Source: Vulcanimicrobiota bacterium
Lineage (GTDB): Bacteria; Vulcanimicrobiota; Vulcanimicrobiia; Vulcanimicrobiales; Vulcanimicrobiaceae
Direction: 5' to 3'
Assembly: GCA_963714015.1 (NCBI GenBank)
Contig: OY970223.1
Location: 2,080,001 to 2,144,000 of the forward strand
Length of the DNA: 64,000 bases
Below the pieces are notes generated by a model. The model had not been told where the DNA came from. It made no database searches and saw only the letters and a program-made list of their open reading frames with translations. This document shows positions 19,635 through 30,491 of this stretch, piece after piece (the first letter of the stretch is position 1; each line of letters begins with the position of its first letter). The position numbers were made by a program, and so were the translations under genes.

Positions 19635-20749
19635 AAATGCCGGCCGCCGCTCTCGCGTTCATGCTTTGCAGCAGCGCGCAGGCCGTCGCGAGTCCGCTAA
19701 GCTCGGCGCAGATAAAAGCCGTCGACGCCATAGCATCGAACGCGCTGGTAAAGCAACATATCTCGGGCTTGGAGATCGGCATCGGACGCGGCGGCACGCT
19801 GTTGTTCGCGCAAGGATACGGGCTGCGCGATCGCGCGCGGCGCCTGCCCGTTACGGCGCAGACGATCTTCCCGGTAGGATCGATTACCAAGCAGTTCACC
19901 GCAGCGGCAGTTATGCTGCTGGTGCAGCGCGGTCGCGTCGATTTGAACGCGCATGTCGCGCGTTACCTTCCTCATGCGCCGCACGGCAACGAGATCACCG
20001 TGCGCGAGCTGCTCGATCAAACCAGCGGGCTGCCGGATTATTTGGAAGACAAAGCGCTTCTGGGCTCGATTATGTCCGGCAAGGTCGGCCCCGATTCGGT
20101 CGAGCGACTCGTCTCGCTCGTCGACGGCAAGCCGCTGCACTTCAAGCCCGGCACCAAATGGGAGTACTCGAACACCAACTACGCGCTGGCCGGATTGCTC
20201 GTCGCGCGCGAGAGCGGCATGCCGTACGGGCATTTTCTCAAGACGAACGTTTTAACGCCGGCGGGCATGACCTCGACGCAATATCTGCGCTGGTCCGTGC
20301 CGGCCGGCAGCGACGTGACGCGCGGATACGATTGGACGAAGAACGGATTTTCCGTCTTGGCCAACTTTTCGATGGACTGGGGCAATGCGGCGGGGGCACT
20401 GGCTTCGAACGCCGGCGATCTGATTCGTTGGGACGAGGCATACTTCGGCGGCAAGCTACTTACGCCGGCGAGCGTTCGAATCTCGACCCAGCCGCCGCCG
20501 GGCATCGTGATGCTCCCCACTAAGAATCGCGTGAACGACTTAGGGATCGGCTACGCTTTCGGCTGGGTCCAGGCGCGCGCCGAGGGCCGGCAGCTCATTT
20601 GGCACAACGGTGGTCTGCCCGGGGCGCGCGCTATGAACGCCTTTTTTCCGGCCGATCGTTTGGAGATCGTCGTGCTGACCAATGCGACGCAAGCGGACCC
20701 CGAGGATATCGCGCTGAGCATCGCTCGTAGAATTTACGATGGAAGATGA
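19631..20749 (+). CDS. Secreted serine hydrolase (S12)
   Basis: Signal peptide; SITK, YSN and HNG motifs. Confidence 0.9.
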   Translation: MKMPAAALAFMLCSSAQAVASPLSSAQIKAVDAIASNALVKQHISGLEIGIGRGGTLLFAQGYGLRDRARRLPVTAQTIFPVGSITKQFTAAAVMLLVQRGRVDLNAHVARYLPHAPHGNEITVRELLDQTSGLPDYLEDKALLGSIMSGKVGPDSVERLVSLVDGKPLHFKPGTKWEYSNTNYALAGLLVARESGMPYGHFLKTNVLTPAGMTSTQYLRWSVPAGSDVTRGYDWTKNGFSVLANFSMDWGNAAGALASNAGDLIRWDEAYFGGKLLTPASVRISTQPPPGIVMLPTKNRVNDLGIGYAFGWVQARAEGRQLIWHNGGLPGARAMNAFFPADRLEIVVLTNATQADPEDIALSIARRIYDGR

Positions 20750-22209
20750 AGATCTTCACGGGCGCCATCGTTACGGAAACCAACACCTTCTCGCCGATTC
20801 CTACGGGGATGGAAGCGTTCCGGCTGAACGGGCTTCAGCACGGCAGCCGCGAGCCGATTCAAATTTCGAATGAGTTTGCGACCCTCGTGCACTGGCGTGA
20901 GCTGGCGCTCTCCGACGGATGCACCGTAAGTGAAAGCGTAGCGGGATTCGCGCAGCCGGGCGGACCCACCGTGCGTTCCGTGTACGAAGCCTTGCGCGAC
21001 GAGCTGTTGGAGGATCTGCGGCGCGCGTGTCCGGTGGACGTCGTATTGCTGTATTTGCACGGCGCAATGGTCGCGCAGGGCTACGACGATTGCGAGGGAG
21101 ACATTCTCACGCGCGTGCGTGATTTGTGCGGCGAGGGGACCATTATCGGGGCCGAACTCGATCCGCACTCTCACCTGACGCAGACGATGCTCGACCGGAC
21201 GAACGTGCTGATAGCGTACGATGAATACCCGCACACGGACATCGTCGCTCGAGCGCAAGACTTGTACCGGCTCTGTATGGCTGCCGCGCGCGACGAAGTT
21301 CGACCGGTTTCCCGCGTCTTCGACTGCCGAATGACTGCAATCTATCCGACGAGTCTCTCACCGATGCGAGCGTTCGTTGACGCCCTCAAATCGCTGCGCA
21401 CCGGGAAGGTGCTCACGACGAGTTTGATTCACGGTTTTCCATGGGGAGACGTTGCCGAAGCCGGGACGAAGATGCTCGCGGTTTGCGACGGCGATCCGGT
21501 TCTGGCCGAACGCGTGGCGACGGAACTGGGCCGAGAGTTTTATGGAATGCGGGAGGCCGCGCGAATCCACACGCTGAGTATTGACGAAGCGCTCGAAGCG
21601 GCGCATTCCGGTGGAAGATATCCCGTAGTGCTTGCCGACGTTGCCGACAATGCCGGAGGCGGCGCGCCGGGTGACGCTACGTTCTTACTTCAGCGCTTGA
21701 TCGAGCGCCGCGAAAAAGATGTGGTCAGCGGAGCGTATTATGACCCGGCCGCGGTGCAAATGTGCTTTGAAGCGGGGGAAGGGGCGACACTGGATCTGCG
21801 CGTCGGCGGAAAGATGGGAGCGGCGTCCGGTTCGCCGCTGGACGTGCGCGTTCGCGTCCGCGCGTTGCGCGAGGAGCACGTGCAAGATTATATGGACGAC
21901 AGTGCACCGTGCGCGCTCGGGCGGTCGGCGTGGGTGGATGCCGGAAACGTACAGTTGCTGCTGGCCTCCGTGCGCAGTCAAATCTTTGCGCCCAACGCAT
22001 TTACGGGGCTGGGCATCCCGCTCGAAAGCGCGCGCATCATCGTCGTCAAATCGTCGCACCATTTCTGGGGTAAGTTCGCTCCGATTGCCGCGAAGATCTT
22101 TCACGTCGACTCTCCCGGAGCGCTGTCCATGGATTTTGCCGCAATTCCGTACCGCAAGCGCGATCCGCTGTACTGGCCGCGCGTCGCCGATCCGTTCGCA
22201 AACGAATGA
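20746..22209 (+). CDS. M81-family metallopeptidase (MlrC-like)
   Basis: ETNTFSP, LHGAM, LDPH, YPHTD, DNAGGGAPGD, VVKSSHHF. Confidence 0.92.
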   Translation: MKIFTGAIVTETNTFSPIPTGMEAFRLNGLQHGSREPIQISNEFATLVHWRELALSDGCTVSESVAGFAQPGGPTVRSVYEALRDELLEDLRRACPVDVVLLYLHGAMVAQGYDDCEGDILTRVRDLCGEGTIIGAELDPHSHLTQTMLDRTNVLIAYDEYPHTDIVARAQDLYRLCMAAARDEVRPVSRVFDCRMTAIYPTSLSPMRAFVDALKSLRTGKVLTTSLIHGFPWGDVAEAGTKMLAVCDGDPVLAERVATELGREFYGMREAARIHTLSIDEALEAAHSGGRYPVVLADVADNAGGGAPGDATFLLQRLIERREKDVVSGAYYDPAAVQMCFEAGEGATLDLRVGGKMGAASGSPLDVRVRVRALREEHVQDYMDDSAPCALGRSAWVDAGNVQLLLASVRSQIFAPNAFTGLGIPLESARIIVVKSSHHFWGKFAPIAAKIFHVDSPGALSMDFAAIPYRKRDPLYWPRVADPFANE

Positions 22210-23792
22210 ACCGGACTGCCTGTGCATTCGCGTTAGCCGCTGCGCTGGCCGCCGTCTGCACCGGGTGCTCGCGCCGGTCGGCCGCCGTTGCGCCGCACGA
22301 CCGCCTGGCCATCGCCGTGCAAGCCGAACCGCAATCGTTGGACCCGCTCTTGATCGAAGGGCAGCCGACGGCGCTCGTCGTTCCCACGATTTTCGACTGG
22401 CTCGTGACTGCCGATTCACGCGGCGAACTCGTCCCCGATCTGGCGAGCAGCGTTCCCTCGACGGCGAACGGCGGCATCTCGCCGGATGGTTTGACCATCA
22501 CCTATCATCTGCGCAAAGGCCTGCACTGGCAGGACGGCGCGCCGCTGACCGCCGCCGACGTGGCGTTCGGCTATTCGGCCGTGATGAACCCGCGCAACGA
22601 CGTGCTCTCGCGAGAGGGATTCGACGTCGTTCGCAGCGTCAGCGAAGTCGATCCCACCACCGTACGCGTGCGTCTGAAGCGACGGTTTTCACCGATTGTC
22701 GCCACACTTTTCGGACCCGATCAAAACTATCCGGTGCTTCCCCGGCATCTGCTTGCGCGTTATCCCAACGTCAATCAGATTCCGTTCAACACGTCGCCCG
22801 TCGGCTCGGGTCCGTACCGCGCGATTTCGTGGAAGCGCGCGGAGTCGGTTAGTCTGGCGGCAAATCCGCGCTACTTCGGCGGCACGCCGCGCATCGCGCA
22901 GGTAGCCTGGAAATTCATTCCCGACGACAACACGATACTGCAGCAACTGCGCACGCACGAGATCGACGCCGCGTTCTATGCCGACCCTGCCTATCTGCGG
23001 CAATATGAAGCGATACCGGGCATGGTGGTCGCCCGCACGCCTATAGCCGGTACGGCAGCACTGTATTTCAACACCCAAGACCCGGTGATGAGCGACGTAC
23101 GCGTGCGCCGCGCGATCGTCGAAGCGATCGACATTCCAAGACTCGTTCATGATGCGACGCGCGGCGGCGAAACGTCGGAAAATGCCGGCGCGGGGCTTTT
23201 CTCCTGGGCTTTCGATCCGGCCGCCGAACCGCCGGCGCAAAACCTGGCCGACGCAAAGGCGTTGCTCGCTGCTTCCGGGCACGAGCGCATGACGATCCGT
23301 TTCATTTTAGAGAGCGGCGACGCGCAAGGCGAACAGGTGGGCGTGGCATTGCAGCAGGAATTGCGGCCGCTCGGTATTACCGTCGTGCTGCGAACGTTCA
23401 CGCCGGTCGAATACATGGCGCCCGCCGCGAGCGGCGGACCAATGTTCGGCGGTCATTTCCAAATGGCGTTTTTGCAATTCTTGACCGGAACCGACCCGAA
23501 CGGGCTGGCGTATTTCGGGTGCAGCGAGGTCGCGCCGCGCGGCTTCAATTTGAGCCGAATTTGCGATCCGGTCATCGAACGCGCGTTTCAAGCGGATGCG
23601 CGCACGTACGATCGCGCCGAACGCCTGCGGTACTTGTCTATCGTTCAAAGGCGGTTGGCGCAGACCTTACCGTTCGTGCCGCTGTGGCATCGCCGAGCCA
23701 TCTCCGTTTACCCGCAGTGGCTCAGCGGAGTGAGCCCCTCGCCGGTAACTCCCTACTGGAATATTGGAGCCTGGAGCATTCATGGACCGTAG
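22206..23792 (+). CDS. Peptide ABC transporter substrate-binding lipoprotein (family 5)
   Basis: Lipobox CTGC; ISPDGLTITYHLRKGLHWQDGAPLTAADV; PVGSGPY; DVRVRRAI. Confidence 0.92.
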   Translation: MNRTACAFALAAALAAVCTGCSRRSAAVAPHDRLAIAVQAEPQSLDPLLIEGQPTALVVPTIFDWLVTADSRGELVPDLASSVPSTANGGISPDGLTITYHLRKGLHWQDGAPLTAADVAFGYSAVMNPRNDVLSREGFDVVRSVSEVDPTTVRVRLKRRFSPIVATLFGPDQNYPVLPRHLLARYPNVNQIPFNTSPVGSGPYRAISWKRAESVSLAANPRYFGGTPRIAQVAWKFIPDDNTILQQLRTHEIDAAFYADPAYLRQYEAIPGMVVARTPIAGTAALYFNTQDPVMSDVRVRRAIVEAIDIPRLVHDATRGGETSENAGAGLFSWAFDPAAEPPAQNLADAKALLAASGHERMTIRFILESGDAQGEQVGVALQQELRPLGITVVLRTFTPVEYMAPAASGGPMFGGHFQMAFLQFLTGTDPNGLAYFGCSEVAPRGFNLSRICDPVIERAFQADARTYDRAERLRYLSIVQRRLAQTLPFVPLWHRRAISVYPQWLSGVSPSPVTPYWNIGAWSIHGP

Positions 23793-25473
23793 GATAAACC
23801 GCGCGGTCGCTGCATGCATTTGCGCGGTGCTGCTGGCGCCGGGAATGACGCTCGCAGCGTGGATCGAAGACGCGCAGTTACGGAGCGTCGACGCGGTATT
23901 CAAATCGTACGGGCCGCAGACGCCGGGATGCGCATTGGGCATTTTTCATGATGGCCGCATCGCGTACGCGCGAGGATACGGAATGGCCGATTTGGATCAT
24001 GCGATTCGTATCACGCCCGGTTCGCTTTTCGACGTGGGGTCGGTCTCAAAGCAGTTTTCGGCGGCGGCAATCGTGTTGCTGGCCGATGAGGGCCGCTTGT
24101 CGCTGAACGACGACGTGCGCAAATATATTCCCGAGATGCGAAACTACGGTGCCCCAATCACGCTCAACGAGCTGATGTGGCATACGAGCGGCCTGCGCGA
24201 CTACACGGATTTGCTGGATCTGCAAGGTTACGGCCTGGAGCAGGTAACGACCGACGAAGAAGCATTGGCCGCAATAGTCCGTCAGCGCGGTCTCGAGTTT
24301 CCCAGCGGCACGCAGTACGAGTACTCCAATACGAATTACTTTCTGCTGTCCGTCATCGTCAAGCGCGTTACCGGGAAGACGCTCGCGCAGTTCGTCAAGC
24401 AAAACGTCTTCATGCCTTTGGGTATGACGCACACCACGTACCGCACGGACTACGCAATGCTGATCCCAAATCTCGCAATGGGCTATGCGCCTGCGGCAAA
24501 CGGCCAGTTCGAGAACAGCATGTCGAACTGGCAGCAGACCGGCGATGGCGGAGTGCAACTCTCGATCGATGACGCCATTAAATGGGACGAGAACTTCTAC
24601 CACCCGATCGTCGGCGGATCGCGGATGGTCGAGCAACTCCGGACGCCGGGTCATTTGGCGAACGGTAAGCCGCTGCAATACGCACGCGGGCTATTCGTCG
24701 GAAGCTACCGGGGGCTGCCGTCGATCTCGCACGGCGGCGCCTGGATCGGTTATCGCGCGGAATTCGACCGCTATCCAACGGTGCACACCTCGGTGGTCGT
24801 GCTCTGCAACTCCGGCGGCGCGCATCCCGGAGCGCTGGCTCAGGATGTTGCCGACATCGTGCTCAAACCGTTCTTAAAGGGTGCGCGCGAGGGCGCGGTC
24901 GCTGCGGCATACGGCAATCCCATCGCTGCGCGGTATGTGACCGGCGAATACTTTGACGCCATCGGCGGAGACGTCTATCGCGTAACCGCGCACGGAAGCG
25001 GCATCGCGCTCGAGACGGGCGGCAGCTCGTATCCGCTTCGCGCGGTGAGCCGTACTGCATTCCAAATCGGTTCGACGACCGTTCGCTTTGCGATCGGCAG
25101 CGACGGAACGGCGCAGGCGCTCACACTCGACGCCGCGGGCGAATCGACGACGGCCCGGCGATATACGCCTTGGAAGCCGCAGGCATCGGAGCTCTCGGGC
25201 GTTACGGGTGAATACTACAGTCCCGATCTCGACACTGCGTGGGGTCTGCGGGCCGTCGGCGCAACGCTTGCAGTACAGCCGTCCCGTAATCTTCCCAGCG
25301 GTGCTGCAGGGCCCCTGACGCCGGTTTTGCGCGATACGTTCTCCGACGAAGGCGGCGGATTCACCATCCGGCTGGATCGCAACCATAGCGGCGCAATCGA
25401 CGGCTTCACGCTAGGTGCCGGACGAGGCCTTCGATCCATTGAGTTTACTCGCGCCGTCCGATCGCGCCAGTGA
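23782..25473 (+). CDS. Secreted serine hydrolase (S12, MlrB/D-peptidase-like) with C-terminal beta domains
   Basis: SVSK, YSN, HTSGLRDY, GDGG and HGG motifs. Confidence 0.9.
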   Translation: MDRRINRAVAACICAVLLAPGMTLAAWIEDAQLRSVDAVFKSYGPQTPGCALGIFHDGRIAYARGYGMADLDHAIRITPGSLFDVGSVSKQFSAAAIVLLADEGRLSLNDDVRKYIPEMRNYGAPITLNELMWHTSGLRDYTDLLDLQGYGLEQVTTDEEALAAIVRQRGLEFPSGTQYEYSNTNYFLLSVIVKRVTGKTLAQFVKQNVFMPLGMTHTTYRTDYAMLIPNLAMGYAPAANGQFENSMSNWQQTGDGGVQLSIDDAIKWDENFYHPIVGGSRMVEQLRTPGHLANGKPLQYARGLFVGSYRGLPSISHGGAWIGYRAEFDRYPTVHTSVVVLCNSGGAHPGALAQDVADIVLKPFLKGAREGAVAAAYGNPIAARYVTGEYFDAIGGDVYRVTAHGSGIALETGGSSYPLRAVSRTAFQIGSTTVRFAIGSDGTAQALTLDAAGESTTARRYTPWKPQASELSGVTGEYYSPDLDTAWGLRAVGATLAVQPSRNLPSGAAGPLTPVLRDTFSDEGGGFTIRLDRNHSGAIDGFTLGAGRGLRSIEFTRAVRSRQ

Positions 25474-26517
25474 CGAAGCGATAGCCTCCCACAAACGCGC
25501 GCCGCCGTTACGGACCGGATCGTCGCAAGGCAAGCCCGTTTCGCGAGCCGCGTCGTCGATGGCGTTCTGTGCCGCCGGTGCATCCAGAGCGGAGGTGTCG
25601 AGAACGATCGCCGCCACACGCGCCGGCTTGACGTGTGCGAGTATATCTTCGTGCGCCTTGACGAGCTCGCGCAGCGGCGGTATGGCATTGCTGAAACCAT
25701 CGATGCGCGCGGTGCCCGGCCGATGGCAAAGGATCAGCGCATCCGGGGCGCTGCCGTAAAGCAAGCCGAACGTCACGGGCGCATACGCCGGATGAAAGAT
25801 CGAGCCTTGGCCTTCGACGAGCAGCACGTCGCTCTGTGGGGACGCCTGCAGCACTAGTTGCTCTGCGGCGCCGGTGACGAAATCCGAAATGACGCGATCG
25901 ACGCAGGTTCCCCAGCCGGCGATGATAATGCCCGTCTGTCCCGTCGCGATGAATTCGGCGCGCGCGCCGGCTTGGAGCGCCGCGCGTTCGATCTCCAGCA
26001 TTGCGGTCATTTTTCCGACGGCGCAATCGCTGCCGACCGCGAGCACCACGCGCTGCGGCACGTCATAGGCGGCGCCGCTGAAAAGCGGAATCTTGCCCAC
26101 CGCGCGCACGTCCCATAAACGCACGCCCCGTTTGCCGGCTCGTTCGACGAACTCGGGATCGTCGTTGAAAAACTGATGCAGGCCGTTGACGATCTCCAAA
26201 CCGGCGTCGATGGCGTCCAGCACGCGCTCGCGCAACTGAGGCGGCAGCACGCCGCCGTGCGTTGCGACACCGATGAGGAGCGAAGTGGGCTCGTGCGCAA
26301 GCGCTTGCGCGACGCCGGCAACGATCGGAGCATCGCACGGAAGGGACGGCACGACGTCGCAGACACGCTTGCCCGCGTACGCGGAGTCGATGACCGCCGC
26401 AATCTCGCCGGCACGAAAACGCATGACGCCGTGCGCCGTCTTCCCGGCCGACGGATCGGCAAGGTAGCCTTCGGTGAGAACCGCGTAACGGCGGTTGCGG
26501 GTGCTCGAATCGGCCAT
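25411..26517 (-). CDS. DUF1611-family protein (DgcN-like D-Glu N-acetyltransferase)
   Basis: GKTAHGV, GLEIVNGLH, VGSDCAVGKMT, ATGQTG, VEGQGS, GSAPDALILCH. Confidence 0.9.
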   Translation of the reverse strand: MADSSTRNRRYAVLTEGYLADPSAGKTAHGVMRFRAGEIAAVIDSAYAGKRVCDVVPSLPCDAPIVAGVAQALAHEPTSLLIGVATHGGVLPPQLRERVLDAIDAGLEIVNGLHQFFNDDPEFVERAGKRGVRLWDVRAVGKIPLFSGAAYDVPQRVVLAVGSDCAVGKMTAMLEIERAALQAGARAEFIATGQTGIIIAGWGTCVDRVISDFVTGAAEQLVLQASPQSDVLLVEGQGSIFHPAYAPVTFGLLYGSAPDALILCHRPGTARIDGFSNAIPPLRELVKAHEDILAHVKPARVAAIVLDTSALDAPAAQNAIDDAARETGLPCDDPVRNGGARLWEAIASSLARSDGASKLNGSKASSGT

Positions 26518-26545
26518 TGGCAAGCCCTTCGGGAGGCAAAGGGAA

Positions 26546-26556
26546 CAGAATATTGT
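26546..26556. promoter_or_regulatory. Candidate operator box upstream of the DUF1611 gene
   Basis: CAGAATATTGT inside the quasi-palindrome AACAGAATATTGTT. Confidence 0.55.
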
Positions 26557-26610
26557 TACTTTCGCCTTTATTTTGGCGAAAGGCGCTTTCCTCCCCCAAT
26601 CCGCCTCGCG

Positions 26611-27222
26611 TCAGTACATTCGCCCCGTCGTAATCGAAACGATGGACGCCGGCCGGCCGGAGTCGTTGCGGACGCGGTGCCGGTAAGCCGCCGAAAAAAC
26701 GCAGCAATCGCGCTCGTTCATAGGGTAATCGACGCCGTCCACCACCACGACGACTTCTCCCTGGGTCACGTACACCACGTCGATTCCCTCGTGGGAAAGC
26801 TCGTCCTTGAGTTTGCTGTGCGGGGCGAGTTCGACGGTGACGAAGTCCAAATCTATACCCGGAAGATGAAGCGCCTCGTACTTTACGCCGCGGCCGCGGT
26901 TAATCGTGGCCCGGTTCTCCTTGCGAACGAAGTTGGGGCGAGAGAGGCGCGATGTAAAGCCCAAAAACGAGCCCAGATCGTACTCGAAGAATTGGGCAAG
27001 ACGCGCCAGGCGGCCGAGCGAGATGTCGGATTCGCCTCGCTCGACGGCGCGAATAAATGACTCGGAGAGACCGCTCTTTTCCGCAAGCTCCCGAACGCTG
27101 GCGTTACGCTGCTCGCGCAACCGCTGCAGAATTCGCCCGACGTCGGGAACGGAGCCCTCTGCGGCAGGCCGCTGGTCTGCTTCGGAGTCACCGCTCGCGC
27201 GCTTCTTGGCCGCTCGTTTCAT
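26611..27222 (-). CDS. XRE-family HTH plus cupin transcriptional regulator
   Basis: SVRELAEKSGLSESFIRAVERGESDISL; cupin HEGIDVVYVTQGEV...HRVRN. Confidence 0.9.
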   Translation of the reverse strand: MKRAAKKRASGDSEADQRPAAEGSVPDVGRILQRLREQRNASVRELAEKSGLSESFIRAVERGESDISLGRLARLAQFFEYDLGSFLGFTSRLSRPNFVRKENRATINRGRGVKYEALHLPGIDLDFVTVELAPHSKLKDELSHEGIDVVYVTQGEVVVVVDGVDYPMNERDCCVFSAAYRHRVRNDSGRPASIVSITTGRMY

Positions 27223-27243
27223 AGGCGGCCTATTCGCCCCGTG

Positions 27244-27291
27244 ACGAAATTTTGCTGCCGCCGAAATTTCGCTCGCAAGCACAATATTTCA
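27244..27291. promoter_or_regulatory. Three candidate operator boxes between the XRE gene and TBDR
   Basis: ACGAAATTTTG (27244), CCGAAATTTCG (27261), ACAATATTTCA (27281). Confidence 0.55.
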
Positions 27292-27374
27292 GAGGAGTGG
27301 GCTCGGCACGAACGGAAGGCTCGGGCGGTTCTTGGGCCACCAAGGGTTTTATTCATTATAGAGGAGTGAACGCG

Positions 27375-30300
27375 ATGCAGATTCGGCGGGTATCCTCACT
27401 AATTGCAGCGATGGTGTGCGCTCTTGTTTTGCTGACGCCTATGGCGGCGAGCGCCGCGGCGGACACCAGCACGATCTCCGGCACCGTACAAACGAGTGAC
27501 GGGACGCCGCTCGGCGATGCCGCCCTCACACTCGAAGGGCAAGCGCGAATGTCGACGGTCAGCGATTCAAAGGGCGCGTTTCAATTTTCGAACGTGCCGA
27601 CCGGTCTGTACACGCTTGTCGTCACCAAGGCGGGTTACCAGACGTACACTAACGACGACGTTGCGGCGTTCATCGGCGAAAACGCAACCGTGAACGTCGT
27701 TCTGGCGGAATTGTCGTTCTCTTCGCTGCGCACCATCGCCAATATATCGACGAATCAGCCGGGCGTCGCATCGATCAACAAATCGACCGCTTCGGTAACT
27801 TCGATTTCCGGCCAAGTCTTCGCGAACCAAGGGCAAGCGCAGGTCACGAAGGTCCTCAACGAGACTCCGGGCATCATCACCTCTCCCTATAACTCCGAAA
27901 ACGGCAATCCGAGCAACGGCGATTCGCCCGGGTCGCCTCAGACGCCGCAAATTCGCGGCGCGCTGCCCTATGAAACCGAATCACTCATCGACGGTCATCC
28001 CGTTTCGGTCGGATCCTCCGGCTACTATTCGCCGAATCTGCTCAACCCGTGGCTGCTGCAGGGCGTGGAACTCGTGAAAGGTCCCGGCTCGATGCCGGAA
28101 GAGATCAACTACGCGATCAACGGCACGGTGAACTACCGCACGCTGGATCCGACGGCGCAGCGTAGGCAGTCCGTGATGTTCGGCTACGATAATTGGGGCG
28201 GCGTCACGACAGGCTTCAAGGCGACGGGCTTTACGTCGAACCACAAAATCGGGTACGCGGTCGGATATGTAACCGACGGAGCGCCGGGACCGCTCAATAA
28301 CTTCTCGTACAACGCGACGCAGCTTCCGCTCGACAGCGGTCCGGTAGGGGGTCCATATTACATCAACGGCCAGCAGGTTGCGCTGATCGGCTCTCCGGTT
28401 GGTTTAGGCGCCGGCCCGGCGAAGCTTGCTCCGTACGACGGCATGGGTGTAAATTTCGTCGATCCGGTGGTCGGCTGCTGCTTTACGATGGACACCGGCT
28501 ATCACTCGACATCGGAACTTGCGAAGATGCTGTTCAACTTCTCGAACAGCACGTCGCTGACGCTCTCCTACCTGGGCGGCCAGAACATGTACGGGAACGG
28601 AGACGTCAATGCGTACTCCGACTCGCTCGTCGGCAACACGGGCTTGCCGGCCGCATATTTTGCACCCTGCGGCAGCGCGAGCGGTCCGCTCAACTGCAAT
28701 CCCTTCGCCACGGGAACATCCTATAATTGCGCAAGCACCGGGGGCCCCGCGTGCAATTCGGCTGTGCCCTTTGACGTCAGTTCCGTCAACGGTGCCGGCC
28801 ACACGTGGACGCAGCAGAACCTTTTCCAAGGCGAGTTCCGCACGACGCTCGGAAGCACGGGGACGGTGCTTGCGCGCTACTACACCGGCTCGTTGGATGA
28901 GTACGCTCTTTTGGGGTCTTCGGGCTCGCAATTGAACTACGCGTTGAATACGTTCGGCACGATTCCGTTGTGCCCGACGGGCACGACGTTCGATCAAAGC
29001 GCGCCCGTTGCAGCAGGCGGCACGGATACGAACGGATGGCTGTGCGTGCCTCCGGGCGGCGGGTCGGGATCCGGTATCGCGCCGGTGAACACGACGTTCA
29101 CCGGACAGAGAGTCGCATTCTCGACTCCCAACGAGGCAAACACGTTCCTCACGAACGATGCAATGAGCGGTGAAACGCTCGAACTGCAGGAGCTGCTCGG
29201 CCGGAACACGGTGACGCTGGCTTTCGACCGCTCGCAGCAGTCATCGACGGAAACGGCGGATGAGCCGTCCGTCAATATTATCGTCAATAGTCCGTTCAAA
29301 GGATCGCAGCAAACGTTCCAGACGATCTCGCTGCGTGACAATACCGCGCTCAACCGCAAGGTCATGTTGAACCTCGGCGACTACGCCATCAACTATCTGA
29401 GCCACTATTCGCTCGACAAAGGCGCGACTTGGAACGACGCCACACACGTCTACAACGAGCCGCGCGCGGCGGTTACGTGGCTTCCGACCGGCGACACCGC
29501 CTTGCGCTTCTCGACGGGCGGATCGGTTGCGCCGCCGTATATCAGCCTAATCTCCTCCGGCGGTTCGTCATGGAGCGCGATCATCGGCGGTGTCCCCGCG
29601 GCGGGATACCTCGAAAATGCCAATAACGGCAACATCAACGCGGAGACGGCATGGAGCTACGACCTGGGACTGGATCAACGCGTCGAACGCTCGACGGCAG
29701 TCTCACTCGATCTGTACTTCACGCAACTTCACAACCTGTTTTTGAACGAGACAAGCTCGATAATTCCGCCGACGTTTGGTCCCGCTCCCGGAATGTGTCC
29801 GAACTTGCCGTGCGAGGTCTCCGAAACGGCGAACCTGGGCCAAGCTCGTTATGAGGGTGTCGAGTTTGCGCTCGACAACACTCCGGTGTCCGGTCTGGGC
29901 TGGAAACTGCAAGGTTCGGTGCAGCGCGCCTTCACCTACAATCTCCCGCCGTACTTTTATTGCGCCGGCTCGACCGTTGTGACCAAAAGCGGTCCGGTCA
30001 CAGTCCCACCGGGGCCGGGCTGTATCTATAACACAAACCTCGCGGTCCTTCCCGAAGTGAATTTCGGCGGTCAGCCCACGGCACTGGCGGGAGCTCCGAA
30101 CGGCATCGGCAGCGCGCGCGTACCGTATTCGCTTGGATACGGCGAGCTCAACTGGACGGGGCACGGCCAGTATTACAACCTCGGTCTAACGTACTTCGGC
30201 ACGAACAACAGACTTCAACGTGCCGGCGTTCGCCGTGGTCTCGGCCAACGCTCGCTGGAACATCGGCAATCACGGCACCAGTCTGCGGACTCTCGGGCGA

Positions 30301-30487
30301 CAACCTTACGAATGCCTATTCGAATCCGTACGCGGACTTTTTCAGCGGCATACCGCTGCAGCTCGTCAACGGCGCAATGCAGACTAATCCGCTGACCGGC
30401 GCGTTCGAACCGGCCAATGTCGCCGCGACGCCGCAAGGCAACTACGGACCGGCGAGCTTCCGTATCATCCTGGTGCAGGACTTCTAA
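27375..30487 (+). CDS. TonB-dependent receptor (frameshifts at ~30212 and ~30289)
   Basis: Signal peptide, CarboxypepD_reg-like N-domain, plug IRG..PYE..LIDGHPV..VELVKGPG; corrected end ...FRIILVQDF* has a terminal Phe. Confidence 0.9.
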
Positions 30488-30491
30488 CGTC

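Noticed and set aside
20746..25473. Canonical microcystin mlrABCD cluster
   Set aside because: No MlrA (CAAX-protease-like) or MlrD (PTR2) gene in the window.
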